Shown here: piece after piece, positions 41,152 to 54,494 of the stretch
Position numbering within the stretch: position 1 is the stretch's first letter
How the letters are laid out: the number at the start of each line of letters is the position of its first letter
The notes under the pieces: model-generated
The model's database searches: none
What the model was told of the DNA's origin: nothing
What the model saw: only the letters and a program-made list of their open reading frames with translations
Translations under genes and position numbers: made by a program
NCBI GenBank assembly: GCA_951406725.2
Contig: OX597839.1
Location: 11,842,001 to 11,906,000, forward strand
Origin: Octopus vulgaris
Taxonomy: Eukaryota
Length of the DNA: 64,000 nt
Direction: 5' to 3'

Positions 41152-41969
41152 TAATAACAAAAGTAATAATAACTACGAACAACTGCAGCAATAAATAAGA
41201 AGAGGTGAAAGAGACAATGAATAGTTGTCATCATCTTGTCATGCCTTTGTCATCGCCGTGTCATCATTTGTGCGATTGCTTTGCAGTGAAGCTCAATGGC
41301 GAATAGATTTTAGTTCACAACGGCTACCGATACAACTGTGTTAAATCACACACACACACACACGCGCGCACACAAACTCACCCCCCTTATATATATATAA
41401 AATCATATTTTCGGGATCGATAAAATAAGTACCAATTGAACACTGGGATCGATTTCATCGACTTACCCACTGGTTTTGTGCCAAAATTTGAAACCAATAT
41501 ATTTCGTGCATTGTAGAAGTATAACTAATTTATTGCGCATAAATTTTAACAATAAAATCTAATAAGGACCTCGACTGAGAACTACGGCCCTAAATGAATG
41601 AATTACGAAGTGGAAGGCCATATGTGTTTCAACAAGACTCAGTACTTTTCTAGTAAAACCAACGTAGCCGAAGCAGGAATGTCAGAAAAATTTACAGTCA
41701 GGTAGCATCAAACTTGTGGCCTCCATACTCACTAGATTGAAATCATATGTACAACGACGTTTGCAGAAAGGGAGAATATTTGATATCCATACCTTCACTG
41801 AAAGCTGCCGTTGTTCAGGTGATTTGCGAAATGAAAGAAGGACCATTTCAATGGCTGCGGTCCTACAGTAAAGCAAAACGGAAAGTGGATTCATGGAATA
41901 GTCTTATATGGAAGAACCATTTTCAATAGTCAGATTTTGGTTTATCAAATGGTTTTTTTCTTGCAGACT

Positions 41970-42265
41970 AGGACATCAACTAGGAAAACCGTAGTGGGCC
42001 TTTGTCCGGCAGGTCAAAGAATATCGAAGAAAACAGCAATGATTCTTTGTCCAGCTGGCCAAGACATCAAAGAAAACAGTAGGGGGTCTTTGTCTAGCTG
42101 GTCAGGTCTCAAGAAAAACAGTAGGGGGTCTTTGTCCGGCTGGTCAGGATATCAAGGAAAACAGAAGAAGGTCTTTGTCAGAACATCATAGAAAACAGCA
42201 GGGGTCTTTGTCCGGCAGGTCAGGACTCAACGAAAACAGCAAGGGTTCTTTGTCAGGCAGAAAAC
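41970..42265 (+). repeat. ~43-bp degenerate tandem repeat, ~7 units
   Basis: gaaaacag(c/t)aggggtctttgtccggc(a/t)ggtcagga(c/t)atcaa recurs at 41984, 42029, 42072, 42113, 42157, 42191, 42232. Confidence 0.88.
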
Positions 42266-42467
42266 TACAACGGGTTCACAAGGATCATTCACCGAGGAGC
42301 TCAAGATGGCGGAGTCCATAATTACATGTGACATACATGAAGATATCAGCGGCAGCTCCTACAGATGAGAAGAGAGCGGCTCATGCTCAGTAAGACATTG
42401 GAGAGCAGTGTGATGAGGCAGCTCCTTCACCAACGTCATGTGAATTTCTGTCACCTGATTAGAAATA

Positions 42468-42597
42468 AATTATAGTGGGGGGAATTCAATGATGGAAATT
42501 TGATATAGTGCGCACGACCGGAAGTTGAAGTAGAACGTTTTTGCGAAACCTATAATTATACGCCATTGATCATTGCAATATATATTCCACTTATAGA
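42468..42597 (+). mobile_element. Unclassified interspersed element terminus (second copy at 44330-44468)
   Basis: ggaaatttgatat...gaccggaagttgaagta...gccattgatca(c/t)tgcaatatatatt(c/t)cac(t/c)tatag shared. Confidence 0.65.
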
Positions 42598-42771
42598 AAG
42601 CCTTACACTTATCCCCCCCCACACACACACACATAGACTTATATGCATACAATCACATAAACATGTAAACTTACATAAATACATCAACGTGTTTGTATGT
42701 ATGTGTGCGTATGTGTGTGTGTGTATATATATATTGATGTGTGCGTGTATATATATATATATATATATTAA

Positions 42772-43163
42772 GGCGGCAAGCTGGCAGAAACGTTAGCACG
42801 CCGGGCGAAATGCTTAGCTCCATTTCGTCCAAAATCCGCCATGGTCGACTTTGCCTTTCATCCTTTCGGGGTCAATAAATTAAGTACCAGTTACGCACTG
42901 GGGTCGATATAATCGACTTAATCCGCGTGTCTGTCCTTGTTGGTCCTCCCTGTGTTTAGCCCCTTGTGGGTAGTAAAGAAATAGGTATTTCGTCTGTCTT
43001 TACGTTCTGAGTTCAAATTCCGCCGAGGTCGACTTTGCCTTTCATCCTTTCGGGGTCAATAAATAAAGTACCATTTACGCACTGGGGTCGATGTAATCGA
43101 CTTAATCCCTTTGTCTGTCCTTGTTTGTCCCCTCTGTTTAGCCCCTTGTGAGCAATAAAGAAA
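42772..43163 (+). mobile_element. SINE-A with a 5'-truncated SINE-A nested inside it
   Basis: Host head to catttcgtc; insert starts caaaatccgcc; host resumes ggtatttcgtc. Confidence 0.88.
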
Positions 43164-43304
43164 TATATATATATTGATGTGTGTGTATGTGTGTGTGCGT
43201 GTGAGCATTTGATATGGCTGTTGTTTTCGAAACTTTTATATCTTGGGATCTCATTGTTCTGACTCGTCCTTCAAACCTGTAAGGTTGAACCCGTTGAAGG
43301 GTCT

Positions 43305-43680
43305 GCACTTGTTTCAGCCATTGACTGCGACGTTGCTGGGGCACCTTTTTGAAGAAATCTTAGTCAAATGAAGTGACCCCAGTTTTTATATTCTGAATAA
43401 GCCTGGTACTTATTCTATCAGTCACTTTTGCAGAACCGCTAAGTTAGAGGGACGGAACCACATTAACACCGGTTCTCAAGTGGTGGTAGGGGACAAACAC
43501 AGACACGATCACACCGCACGCACTCACGCTCGCATGCACGCAGACACACAAATATGTATGACGGGCTTTCACGCAGTTTCCTTCTAGCAAAATCACTCAC
43601 AAGGTTTTTGATGGCCCAAGGTACCACAGTAAAAAGAAACTTACCAAAGGATCTGCACTGTGAGACTGAAAACGAAACCG
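43305..43680 (-). mobile_element. SINE-B, diverged
   Basis: Reverse-complement match. Confidence 0.8.
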
Positions 43681-43993
43681 AGTGGCTGCGAAACAAATTT
43701 CTGAATCATACCTTCTCTTGTATGTGAGGGTGTGTCTGTGTGTGTATGTAAGTATGTATGACATATAAACGTATATACACACATACATATGCAAATATAT
43801 ATAGATGCATATACATATACATAATTATATAGGTGTGTACAGCCCCCCCACACACGTATATATATATATATATATACACACACATATATATATATATATA
43901 TTTATATGTGTGTGGATTTATACTTGTATGTAACTATGTGTATATGTTTTTCTGAATGCATGTTTATATATATATATAGCGTGCGTACACTTT

Positions 43994-44068
<75 letters not shown>

Positions 44069-44160
44069 ATCAAAATTTATACATAAAAACACATACGTAC
44101 ATGCATACATACACTGAGATATATATACGATCATACATGCACATACACATAAATGCATAC

Positions 44161-44247
<87 letters not shown>

Positions 44248-44249
44248 CC

Positions 44250-44468
44250 GATAGGGGTTGTGAAAGCGGGGGACGATCAAACACAACACAAAGTGATATA
44301 TTACAGGAGAATAACCAAAAATGAAACTAATTATAGGGCGAGAAATTTGATGGTGGAAATTTGATATGGCGGCCATGATGTAAACATGACCGGAAGTTGA
44401 AGTAAAACGATTTTGCACAAACTATAATTATGCGCCATTGATCACTGCAATATATATTTCACCTATAG
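44250..44468 (+). mobile_element. Unclassified short element, ATAGG...CCTAT(AG) ends
   Basis: Shares its 3' 130 bp with 42468-42597. Confidence 0.55.
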
Positions 44469-44620
44469 ACAACGCACACTTAGTCACACATATACATTTA
44501 CATACAAATACACATCGACATACATATTTGCATATACACATACACACATACATATATATATATACATGTATTTTATATATACGTATCTAAATATACAAAC
44601 ATACATACATACATACATAT

Positions 44621-44666
<46 letters not shown>

Positions 44667-46060
44667 TATATATATACATACACACACACATATATATATG
44701 TATGTATGTATTTGTTCGTGTACGCCACATACAAATCCTACACATGTGTGTATGTGTGTATACACATCTATATTATATATGCATATAGACATTAACACAC
44801 ACGCACGGGCGCAAGCATGCTGGCTCGCAAATAAAAACACACAGACACATGCCGCACTATAAAAGATATAACTTCGTAACCTCACACACGCGTAAACAAA
44901 AGTATATGGGTTCAAACACATGCGTATTTACACACATGTACACATGCATGGCATATGCATACATGTTCATGTACTCACATGTACAGACATGAAGGCATAC
45001 ACATACACATGTATACACTTCTGTTAGAAGACTCGCTTGTACAGGCGCACACACACGTGCTTATTCCTTTAGTTAAGCACGCGTACGTGCACATGCACAC
45101 ATGCAAACATGCACATAAACTGTCACACAGATATACATGTGCACCCCACCAACAACATACAGCTGTATGACACGTGACTTGACACCCAATGTGAAAGGGA
45201 GGGTGAGAGAGAGAGAGAGAGAGAGAGTATATGAGTGAAACTCACCTTGTCAATAGGCACTGTAAACATTCGGGTTTCCGAGGGGGTACGAGGGAAAGGT
45301 CCAGCAGGGTGGGTAGGTGACGGGTTAGGGCGGTGGGTGTGTGTTTTGTGGTGCTGGTCGTAGTATGAGTTTATTTATGGTAGGGGAAGTAGTAGTGAAG
45401 TGGTGGTGGCAATAATGAGAACATGGTGGTGGTCGTAGTGGCAAAGTGGTTGTTTTGGAGGTAGTATTAGTGGTGAAGTGGCAGTGGTAATAGTGGGGCA
45501 ACGGTAGTGGTGATGGTGGTGGTTGTGGTGGTAGCGGTGGTAGTGATGGTTATAGTGGCTGTGGTGGTGGTTGTTGTGGTTACTGAGGTGGTGATAGTAG
45601 TGGTGGCAGAGGATGTGGTGGTTACGTTGGTTGCGGTAGTAGTGTTGGTTGTGGTGGTGGTTATGGTGGTTGTGGTGGAGTGGAGTGGTTGGGTGATAGT
45701 GGTGGTGTTGGTAGTGTTTATGTTGGTTGTGGCAGAGGTGGTTGTAGTGGTGGTGGTGGTGGTAATGGTCGTGTCGGTAGCGTTGCTGTTGATGGTGATA
45801 CTGGTAGTAGTGGTGTGGCAGCGCCGCTAGTAGTGGTAGTTGAGGTAATAGTAGCAGTAATGTTAATTATGGTTTATGTGGTGGTGTGGTGGTAGTTAAC
45901 AACGATGGTTGTGATGGCAGTGGTTTTGGTGGTGGCAATGAAGTCGGCGTTGATGTCGTTGTTAGGGTTGTAGCTGCCGCTGTTCTGGTTGTTGTTAGTG
46001 GTGATGGTTGTAGTAGTAGTAGTAGTAGTAGTAATAGTAGTAGTAGTAGTGGTGGTGGTG

Positions 46061-46100
<40 letters not shown>

Positions 46101-46404
46101 CAGTTATGATTCTGGTAGTGACGTATACAGCAGTGGTGGTGGTTGTTGAAGTTGTGGCTGCAGTAACAGTGGTAATTGTTTGTGATGGTGGCGATTCTGG
46201 TTATGGTGGAGAGGACAGTTAGTGCTGGTGGTGGTGGTGGTGGTGGGGTTGAGGTATTGGAGGAGGTGGTAACCGTTGTAGTTGTAGTGCTGATGGTATT
46301 ATATCACAGTTAAAGAGAGCAGGAGTGAAGAGGGTTGGCTTATCAATAAATATGGCTTCCCTTGCAAACTTATACAAGTACTAGTGTGCGGTTATTGTTA
46401 TCGA

Positions 46405-46465
<61 letters not shown>

Positions 46466-46559
46466 GTTGTTGTTGTTGTTGTTGTTGTTATTCTCGGAGG
46501 AGAAGGAGAAGGAGGAGGTGAAGGAGAAGGAGGAGGTGAAGGAGAAGGAGGAGTGGGGC

Positions 46560-46621
46560 TCATAGAACGGCTTCCTCAAATCCCAGGGGACAAAACACCT
46601 TGTTATAGGGGCGAACATCGT
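46560..46621 (-). CDS. Candidate terminal coding exon of an unidentified host gene (xDVRPYNKVFCPLGFEEAVL*)
   Basis: Unique island amid microsatellites; pyrimidine-rich tract then TTTAG| acceptor on the minus strand; protein-like codons ending in TGA; no homology recognised. Confidence 0.25.
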
Positions 46622-47124
46622 CTAAAGTGGATTGCAGCAGAAAATGGAGAAGAAAACTGAACGTTAAATACTGTAGCAGCAGCAGCAGCAGTAGCAGTAG
46701 AAATGTTGTGGTGGTGACGGTGGTGCGACTGATCGCGGTGGTGAAAGGGGTGGTGTTGTTATTGCTGTTATTGGTGGTGGTGGTGGTGGGTGGAATGGTG
46801 GTAGGATGGTGTTGGTTATAACCTCAGACATGCATTACAGGAATTAATAATGGTGTAATTCTTATGCCCCATGTAATCTTTTTAAGCACCTCACTACATA
46901 CGTACATACGTACATACCTACATAAATACATACATACATATATACATACATACATACATACATATATACATACATACATAAATACATAAATAAATACATA
47001 CATACATATATACATACATACATACATACATACATACATACATACATACATACATACGTACATACCTACATACGGCCATACATGCTTACGCACATACATA
47101 CATACATACATACATATATACTAA

Positions 47125-47458
47125 CACCGAAGCAGTTTCCGAAAATGTCCTCACAGTATTATCTACCAATAAGACATGATGTTGTAGCAAGGACGCTGTA
47201 TAATGAGATCCGTCGGAAGGACAACCCCGAGGCCACAGAAATAAGAACCTACAGTATGGTATAGCCACTCGTAATAAAAAGGAATGCTTGTGGAATGTCT
47301 CTGTGTAAACTTCAATAATATGTAAACACAATAGACCTGACATTGTAATTTGGGACAGAGGAAAGAAACTGTGTACAATTGTAGAAGTCAGCTGCCCACC
47401 GGAAGTTGACATTTTTGGACAACCACTTGTGATGTGGGTAATATTCGGTGTTAATATG

Positions 47459-47490
<32 letters not shown>

Positions 47491-47573
47491 CATGTATGTA
47501 TTATGGACGTATGTATGTATATATGTATGTATATATGTATGTATGTATGTGTGTACGTATGTATGTATATATG

Positions 47574-47635
<62 letters not shown>

Positions 47636-47673
47636 TGTATGTATGATGTGTGTACGTATGTATGTATATATGC

Positions 47674-47706
<33 letters not shown>

Positions 47707-47965
47707 TGTATGTATGTATGTATGCATGCATGTACGATCAGCGAAGAAGAGAATACCTGTACTGAACTATTGGAGAATCTACAGCTACTCTGTCCAGATT
47801 ACAAGTTGAGGTTTATACCAGTAATTATTGGAGCACTGAGATATACAACACACTGCCTAAATACCAATCTTGAGAAATTAAACTTCTCAAAACCAGACAG
47901 GAGAAAGCTGATTCGAAGACAGATCCAAGTCATCAATGGAACTGTAAAAATCTATAAAACATTGC
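47125..47965 (+). pseudogene. R4-like RLE fragment (same family as 18390), interrupted by an inverted duplication
   Basis: PKMSSQYYLPIRHDVVAR...KHNRPDIVIWD...EVSCP // ISEEENTCTELLENLQ...FIPVIIGAL. Confidence 0.85.
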
Positions 47966-48001
47966 GACTTGTCTGCCTGCCTGCCGGACTATCTGTCCAC
48001 C

Positions 48002-48073
<72 letters not shown>

Positions 48074-48138
48074 CCTGTCTGTTTTATTTGCTTATTCGTC
48101 TCCCTACCTGTCGGTTTGTTTGTTAGCGAGTAGTAACC

Positions 48139-48360
48139 TATTTCTTTATTACCCACAAGGGGCTAAACACAGAGGGGACAAACAAGGACAGACATAGGTA
48201 TTAAGTCGATTACATCGACCCCAGTGCGTAACTGGTACTTAATTTATCGACCCCGAAAGGATGAAAGGCAAAGTCGAATTTGAACTCACAACGTAACGGC
48301 AGACGAAATACCGCTAAGCATTTCGCCCGGCGTGCTAACGTTTCTGCCAGCTCGCCGCCT
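48139..48360 (-). mobile_element. SINE-A, full length
   Basis: 16-bp TSD ttag(c/t)gagtag(t/a)aacc at 48123-48138 and 48361-48376. Confidence 0.93.
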
Positions 48361-48680
48361 TTAGTGAGTAGAAACCACCAGGCTACGGAGACCGTAGACA
48401 CACACCGGTTGTCAAGCAGGGTTGGGGGACAAACACATACACCAAGACATACATACATAGATATCTGTGTATATACGACGGGCTTCGTTCAGTTTCCGCT
48501 TACCAAATTCACCCACACGGCTTTGTTCAGCACGGAGTTATAGAAGACACTTGTCAAGCACAAAAACAAAGACAAACACAAACACACACACATATATATC
48601 TTTTATGATTTATTTGTTTCAGTCATTAGACACTTGACAACCGGTGTAGATTTATTTACGTCCCGGTAACCTAGCGGTTG

Positions 48681-48932
48681 TGGAGGCGCGTGGCTTAGTG
48701 GTTAGGGTGTTGAACTCATGATCGTAATGTTGTGATTTCGAGTCCTGGACCGAGCGATGCTTTATGTTCTTGAGCAAAACACTTCATTTCACGTGGCTCC
48801 AGTCCACTCAGCTGGCAAAAATGAGTAATCCTGCAACGGACCGGCGTCCCGTCCGAGGGTGGGGGTGGATTTCTACGCCACTGAAACCAGGAAACCGGCC
48901 CTTATGAGCCTGGCATGGCTCAAGAAGGAACA
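48681..48932 (+). mobile_element. tRNA-derived SINE with CORE-like and V-domain-like segments, inserted in SINE-B
   Basis: ggaggcgcgtggcttagtggttaggg head; gttcttgagcaaaacactt; cctgcaacggaccggcgtcccgtcc; taacctagcgg present on both sides. Confidence 0.8.
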
Positions 48933-49391
48933 TTTATTATTATTATTATTTTAACCTAGCGGAACCATATGGTTGGTAAGAAAGCTACTTACCACACAGC
49001 TACTCCTGCGCCTATACTTACAACACAGCCACTCACAATGCTTTGGTTAGCTAAGGTGTCACGCAGTGGGACTGAACCCGGAACACTGTAATTGGGGAGC
49101 AAACTTCTTACCATGCAGTCTTTTATTACAACTCACAAGTCTTTGGTCAGGCTGAGACAATAGTAGAAGGCATTTGCCCGAGGTGTCGCGTAGTGTGACT
49201 GAACCCGAAACCATTTGGTTGCAAAGCGAACTTTCTTTGCCTGCGCCTATATTTGATGATAAAAGAAAATAAAGGACCAACCGGCGTTATGCAGGCATTA
49301 AACAAAGCATTAACATTCAGGATTGCATTAAAATATGATGTTTATGCTTTACTAAGAAATTTCATATCATTCACTAATTTACACCAATACT

Positions 49392-49768
49392 AGTTTCAAA
49401 TTTTGGCACCAGGCCAGCAATTTGAGAGGAAGGGCAAAACGATTACATCAACCCCAGGGCTCAACTGGTACTTATTTTATCGACCCCTAAGGATGATGGG
49501 TAAAGTAGAACTCTGCAGAATTTGAAGTTAATAATAATCGCAATAATAATAATCCTTTCTGCTATAGGCACAAGGCCTGAAATTTTGGGGAAAAAGGCTA
49601 GTCGATTATATTGACCCCTGTGCTGAAATGGTACTTATTTTATCGACTCCGAAAGAATAAAAAAAACATAGTTGACCTCGGTGGGATTTGAACTCCGAAC
49701 GTAGAGGCGGACGAAATGCCGCTAAGCATTTTGCTTGGCGTGCTAACGATTTTGCCAGCTCGCTGCCT
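49392..49768 (-). mobile_element. Two tandem SINE-A2 copies
   Basis: Reverse-complement matches separated by (AAT)n. Confidence 0.82.
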
Positions 49769-50316
49769 CACTGCTCCATTCTAATACTAAACTGAAGAAA
49801 CGAGCTTGTTTCGAATTGCCGACACATTATCAATCTCTCATATACTTCTAAACAGACTCTCTTGATATATGGTGAACAGCTATTACTCATCTTCTATATT
49901 ATTTTGTGCAAGGATTTGCAGTTCTTGCTTATTTATTTATTCATTCGTTTGTTTGTTTGTTTGTTTGTTTGTTTGTTTCATATGGTTTCTCTTTTGCTTT
50001 CTGTATTTTTCACCGTCCGCAAAAATTACGTTAAAAATTCTTCCTTTGAAGAATTTTAATGTCCATCAAACACTTTAAAAAAATAACAAAATTAAAAAGT
50101 GATATACAGGATAAATATATACTATATATTTGTGTGTATATGTGAATGTGTGCACGTGTCTCTATCTTTATGTATATCTGTGCTAGGGTTTGTGCGTATG
50201 TCTATGCATGTGTATGAATCTATCTGTATTTATGTATGTATTTGTGTATATGTGTATGTACGTATGTATATATGTATATGCCTATGTATATATGCTAATA
50301 TATTCATATGTATATG

Positions 50317-50352
<36 letters not shown>

Positions 50353-50744
50353 TATACACACACACATACATATGTGTGTGTGTGTGTGTGTGTAAAAGTA
50401 TGTATGAATATACGTACATTTGTAAAGAAGCTTTTTTGTAACTTACATTCATCTTCGCATCAACGCATACACGTACCCGTTTGTGTGCGTATGTATACAC
50501 ACACGCTCGCATCTGTATGTGTGCAGCTATTTGATGTCTTTAAAGTAAATAGATTTTACCTGATCCGATTCAAAGTTCCGATCAACCGGTCTTTTCGTTG
50601 CCTCCACACACCAGTGACTCAAGACGAAATCATTTCTACCGCATTTCTCTGTCCTTTTGTATATTTACAACAGTACTAGGGTCATCGTAATCTTTTTCTC
50701 TTTTCCCAGCGCCAAAATTTGAAACCATCACGTTGATATGTGGG

Positions 50745-51450
50745 GGTGGGAAGAATCATTAACACGCCGGACAAAGCAAGAATTTTTTCCAGCATTACAT
50801 CCCGAGTTCAAATGCCGCCGAGGTCGATGTTGCTTTTCAACTTTTCGGGATATATAAATTAAGTAATAGTTGAGCACTGGGATCGATCTAATCGACTAGT
50901 CCTCCCCCACCAAAAAATTTCAGGCCTTGTACTTAAAATAGAAACATTTATTATTATGTTAATGTATTCGGCCTAGTTCCCTCATTTTGATTCACAATTT
51001 CATATCATTATGGCCCTTGTATCCTCCACCCTTCTTCAGGTGTATATTGTATTCAGTTATGTTCCGGAATCTTCAATTAATCCCGTTGTAATATAATAAT
51101 GGAAAGTCGTTGACAGAGAGCCGAAAAGAATATTATGCCGTAAACTCATTAATTGAAAATGTTATAGCGGTTTTACAGGTCTAACGACAGTTTTAATATC
51201 CGGAATGAAATTCGTGGAAGAGGGGATTGTGGGATAGGGCTGTAGGCACAAACACGAAGCCTGAAATATTTTACGGGACGAGGGTTAATCGATTACCTCG
51301 ACCCCATTAATAAAATGGTACTTTATCGACCCTGGAAGAGTGAAAGGCAAAGTTTTCCTCGATGGAATTTAAACCCACAGTGGTGAGCCGGAAGAAATAC
51401 CACGAAGCATTTTGTCCGGCGTGCTAACGATTGTGTTAGCGTGCCCACTT
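50745..51450. mobile_element. Convergent pair of diverged SINE-A2 copies (50745-50955 plus; 51240-51450 minus)
   Basis: gagttcaaatgccgccgaggtcga...; reverse-complement copy downstream. Confidence 0.75.
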
Positions 51451-51594
51451 TGGATAGGGCTAATTATAAAATCGTATTTAGTAGTGTACATGTATATGTC
51501 TGTATATGTTTGTATGTGTATCAAGGTTGTGGGTTGCAAGCAATATATTAATTCTACACAATGGACATTTTCTTGTTAGCTATTTATATACATA

Positions 51595-52120
51595 AGCGCA
51601 GGTGTGGATGTGTGGTAAGAGGTTCGGTCCCACTGCGTGGAACCTTGGTCTGTATCTTCTACTATAGCCTAAGGCCGACTAAATCCTTGTGTGTGGATTT
51701 GGTAGGCGGAAACTAAAAAAGCCCATCGTGCGCGTGTATATGTATATGAGTGTGTGTGGTGGGGTGTATCTTGCTGTTTGTTCCCGCTCCACCGTTTGAG
51801 AATCAGGGCCAGCCCTACGGTTGTCGGCAACCCGCGTAAGCTGAACTGCGGCGCGTACAAGCTCACGGTCGTGGAAATTTTCCTTGGCGCCCCCTAGCAC
51901 ATTGTGCCAAGGGCGACTACCCAAGTTACCGGTACCCTCAGCCAGCCCTGCTGGCAACTGCTGTTGGTGCGTTTACGTCTCCGAAACTTAGCTGTTCGGC
52001 AAAAAGTGACCGATGGAACAAGTACCATGCCTAAAAAAGAAAATAAGTACAGGGTCGATCCTTTCGGCTAAAAGGGGCTGCCCCAACATGACCGCAGTTT
52101 AATGACAGGCAAGCAAATAA
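51595..52120 (+). mobile_element. SINE-B interrupted by a GC-rich MITE
   Basis: SINE-B sequence on both sides of 51804-51950. Confidence 0.85.
51804..51950. mobile_element. hAT-like MITE (147 bp)
   Basis: TIRs cagggccagc...gccagccctg; both 8-bp flanks (ttgagaat, ctggcaac) resemble host consensus ttgacaac. Confidence 0.7.
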
Positions 52121-52479
52121 AGTTTTATTATGAAAATAAGAACACTTCTAGGACGGTTCTAGATACAATACATTGTGGAAGTTGTAAAGATAATTTATGG
52201 ACAGCCTATGTATGTGCGTATGTGTGTGAGTGTGCGCGCGCGTATGTGAGTGCGTGTATATATATATAAAACACACCACTCACATACCCATCCCCACATC
52301 TTCACACCTACACATACATACACACACACGTCCAGACCACCAGCCCTCTTTCAAATGCACATACATACTCTCTTATACACACACGCACCTTTGTGTTGGG
52401 GTCATCTTTACCTTGTTATCTCCCCTACTTTCCTCCTCACGTCTGACCATTTTGTCCGAATCAGACGCCATGATAGATC

Positions 52480-52649
52480 GTTAGCCACTACAAACATGTT
52501 TTTCTCTCCTTGTTTTTCTGTGTCCCTTTCTGTAGGAGAGCGTAGGATCGAAACGTAAAAGACCTTTTCTATTCCTGAGCGTTATACTAATACATTTGTT
52601 TGTATTGTACACCACCTGTCTTCGTCTTTTGTTTTTTTTCGTAAACTTT

Positions 52650-52652
<3 letters not shown>
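52480..52652 (+). mobile_element. Hammerhead-like short element, family H-II
   Basis: cttt-CTGTAGGA-GAGC-gtag-GATC-GAAACGTA-aaag at 52526-52563; homologous to the reverse complement of 37750-37990; ends in (TA)n. Confidence 0.6.
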
Positions 52653-52705
<53 letters not shown>

Positions 52706-52711
<6 letters not shown>

Positions 52712-52837
52712 TTTATAGAAGGAGCTTCTACAGGACTAGAACTGTTTCATTCAAAAGAAATCATCAGGAAGCTTCCTGATGATTTCTTTTGAATGAAACA
52801 GTTCTAGTCCTGTAGAAGCTCCTTCTATAAAATAAAT
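52706..52837. repeat. Perfect 132-bp palindrome centred on AAGCTT
   Basis: Base-by-base symmetric about 52771/52772. Confidence 0.97.
52770..52820 (+). ncRNA. Type I hammerhead ribozyme candidate (mirrored on the minus strand at 52723-52773)
   Basis: Stem I AGCTTC/GAAGCT; CTGATGA; weak stem II TTC-tttt-GAA; GAAA; stem III ACAG/CTGT with 8-nt loop; GUA cleavage triplet ending 52814. Confidence 0.65.
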
Positions 52838-52902
52838 TAATTTACTCTGCTATGTATTGAGTACCTTATTTACTGTGGTTAACCCCGACTCAACCCGGGA
52901 CC

Positions 52903-53038
<136 letters not shown>

Positions 53039-53549
53039 GCATATTGTACATACACATACATACGTGAATTGTTTGACTAGCTGATAAACCACTACATTCA
53101 ACGCTCAGTCAACATTTACATCTGCGAATCAATTGTCTCGAGGAACAATAAAGTAATAAAAATTAGAAACTTTAAACCAAACATATTTTTTTTACTTTAT
53201 GGTTGCAGGTTTAATAAGGTAGAAACAATTAACATTTGTTGACAATTAAGTGCAATAAATCTGCAATCTTTTAAATTTAATTATCGCCCAAGAGTTAAAT
53301 CGGTGGGAATATTCGCAGAAAGCCTGAGATAGTTTGTCTGAGAAAGAGGAGAAAATAGAAAAAAAACAAAAAACAAAAAACAAAAACACAAAACAAATTA
53401 ACAAAATGACATAAATTGCTGTTGTGGAGTTCAGCGGCCTTGTGGATATGAACGTTCATTTCGAAGTGAAATTAGAGAGAAAATATTTACGGAAAACTAG
53501 TTGGAGGCCTTCAGCTTCTCTCTGAGTATAAATTTACATCCGATGCATT

Positions 53550-53822
53550 TTGTAGTTTGTTCTTTCTCGAGCCCTGCCTGGCTCATAAGGGCCGGTTTCC
53601 CGGTTTCTTGGCGTATAGGTTCACCACATGGACGGGACGCCGGTCTATCGCAGGTGAGCTGCAAGATGCAGGAGGAAAGAGTGAGAGAAAGTTGTGGTGA
53701 AAGTGTCAGCAGAAGTTTCGCCATTACCTTCTGCCGGAGCCGCGTGGAGCTTAGGTGTTTCGCTCATAAACACACACATCGTCCGGTCTGAGATTCGAAC
53801 CCGCGATCCCTCGACTGTGAGT
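53550..53822 (-). mobile_element. SINE-C-type head with V-domain-like tail
   Basis: Minus strand gggatcgcgggttcgaatctcagaccgg...gtttatgagcgaaacacctaagctccacg; tail cctgcgatagaccggcgtcccgtcc shared with 48681. Confidence 0.82.
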
Positions 53823-53904
53823 CCCACATACACGCTCATACGTATGTGCATATATATGTATATATGTTTCCCTTCGGTCATTTCAAAATGTAACCACATT
53901 TGAA

Positions 53905-54091
53905 TCGTTGGCGATTTCCTTCCAGCGTCTTCCTTTCTATTGCACTTTCCTCTGTTTCCGAAGAAGAGCGTTTCCTCGAAACATTAAACCGTCTTTCTTT
54001 CCTGCCCTGAGCGTCTGATAACAATTTACAAGTACCACGTCCTCGCGTTGTTTTTTTTTTGGGTTTGGTGTTCTTTTTTGGGGCCTTTACT
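53905..54091 (+). mobile_element. Hammerhead-like short element, family H-I (diverged)
   Basis: gttt-CCGAAGA-A-GAG...CTC-GAAACATT-aaac at 53954-53989; ccacgtcctcgcgttg tail; ends in (TA)n. Confidence 0.6.
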
Positions 54092-54249
54092 ATATATATA
54101 TATGTATATATCTATATATATATATGCACGCACACACATGTGAATTTCTTATATCTTAGAATTGTTATTCTGGGTTGTCCTTCATTCTTGTAAAATGGAA
54201 AGTGTTTGTGAATTCACAGTTTGTGAGTATTGCTTACTTTGGTATTCTC

Positions 54250-54381
54250 TTCTAGTCTAGGCACAAGGCCCGAAATTCTGGGGGAGGGGGCCAGTCGATT
54301 AGATCGACTCCAGTACGCAACTTGTAGTTAATTTATCGGCCCCGAAAGGAAGAAAGGCAAAGTCGATCTCGGCGGAATTTG
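54250..54381 (-). mobile_element. SINE-A2 fragment
   Basis: Reverse-complement match. Confidence 0.82.
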
Positions 54382-54446
54382 TGCTTAATTTGGTATTACT
54401 GGGTTTTCATTAGATATTGGTGTCACGTTTTGGAAGGTTCTATAGC

Positions 54447-54494
<48 letters not shown>

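Noticed and set aside
50560-50665. Minus-strand exon ending at CAG|GTAAAA (and a similar one at ~59341-59430)
   Set aside because: No convincing acceptor, no recognisable protein, and no phase match to the 46621 candidate
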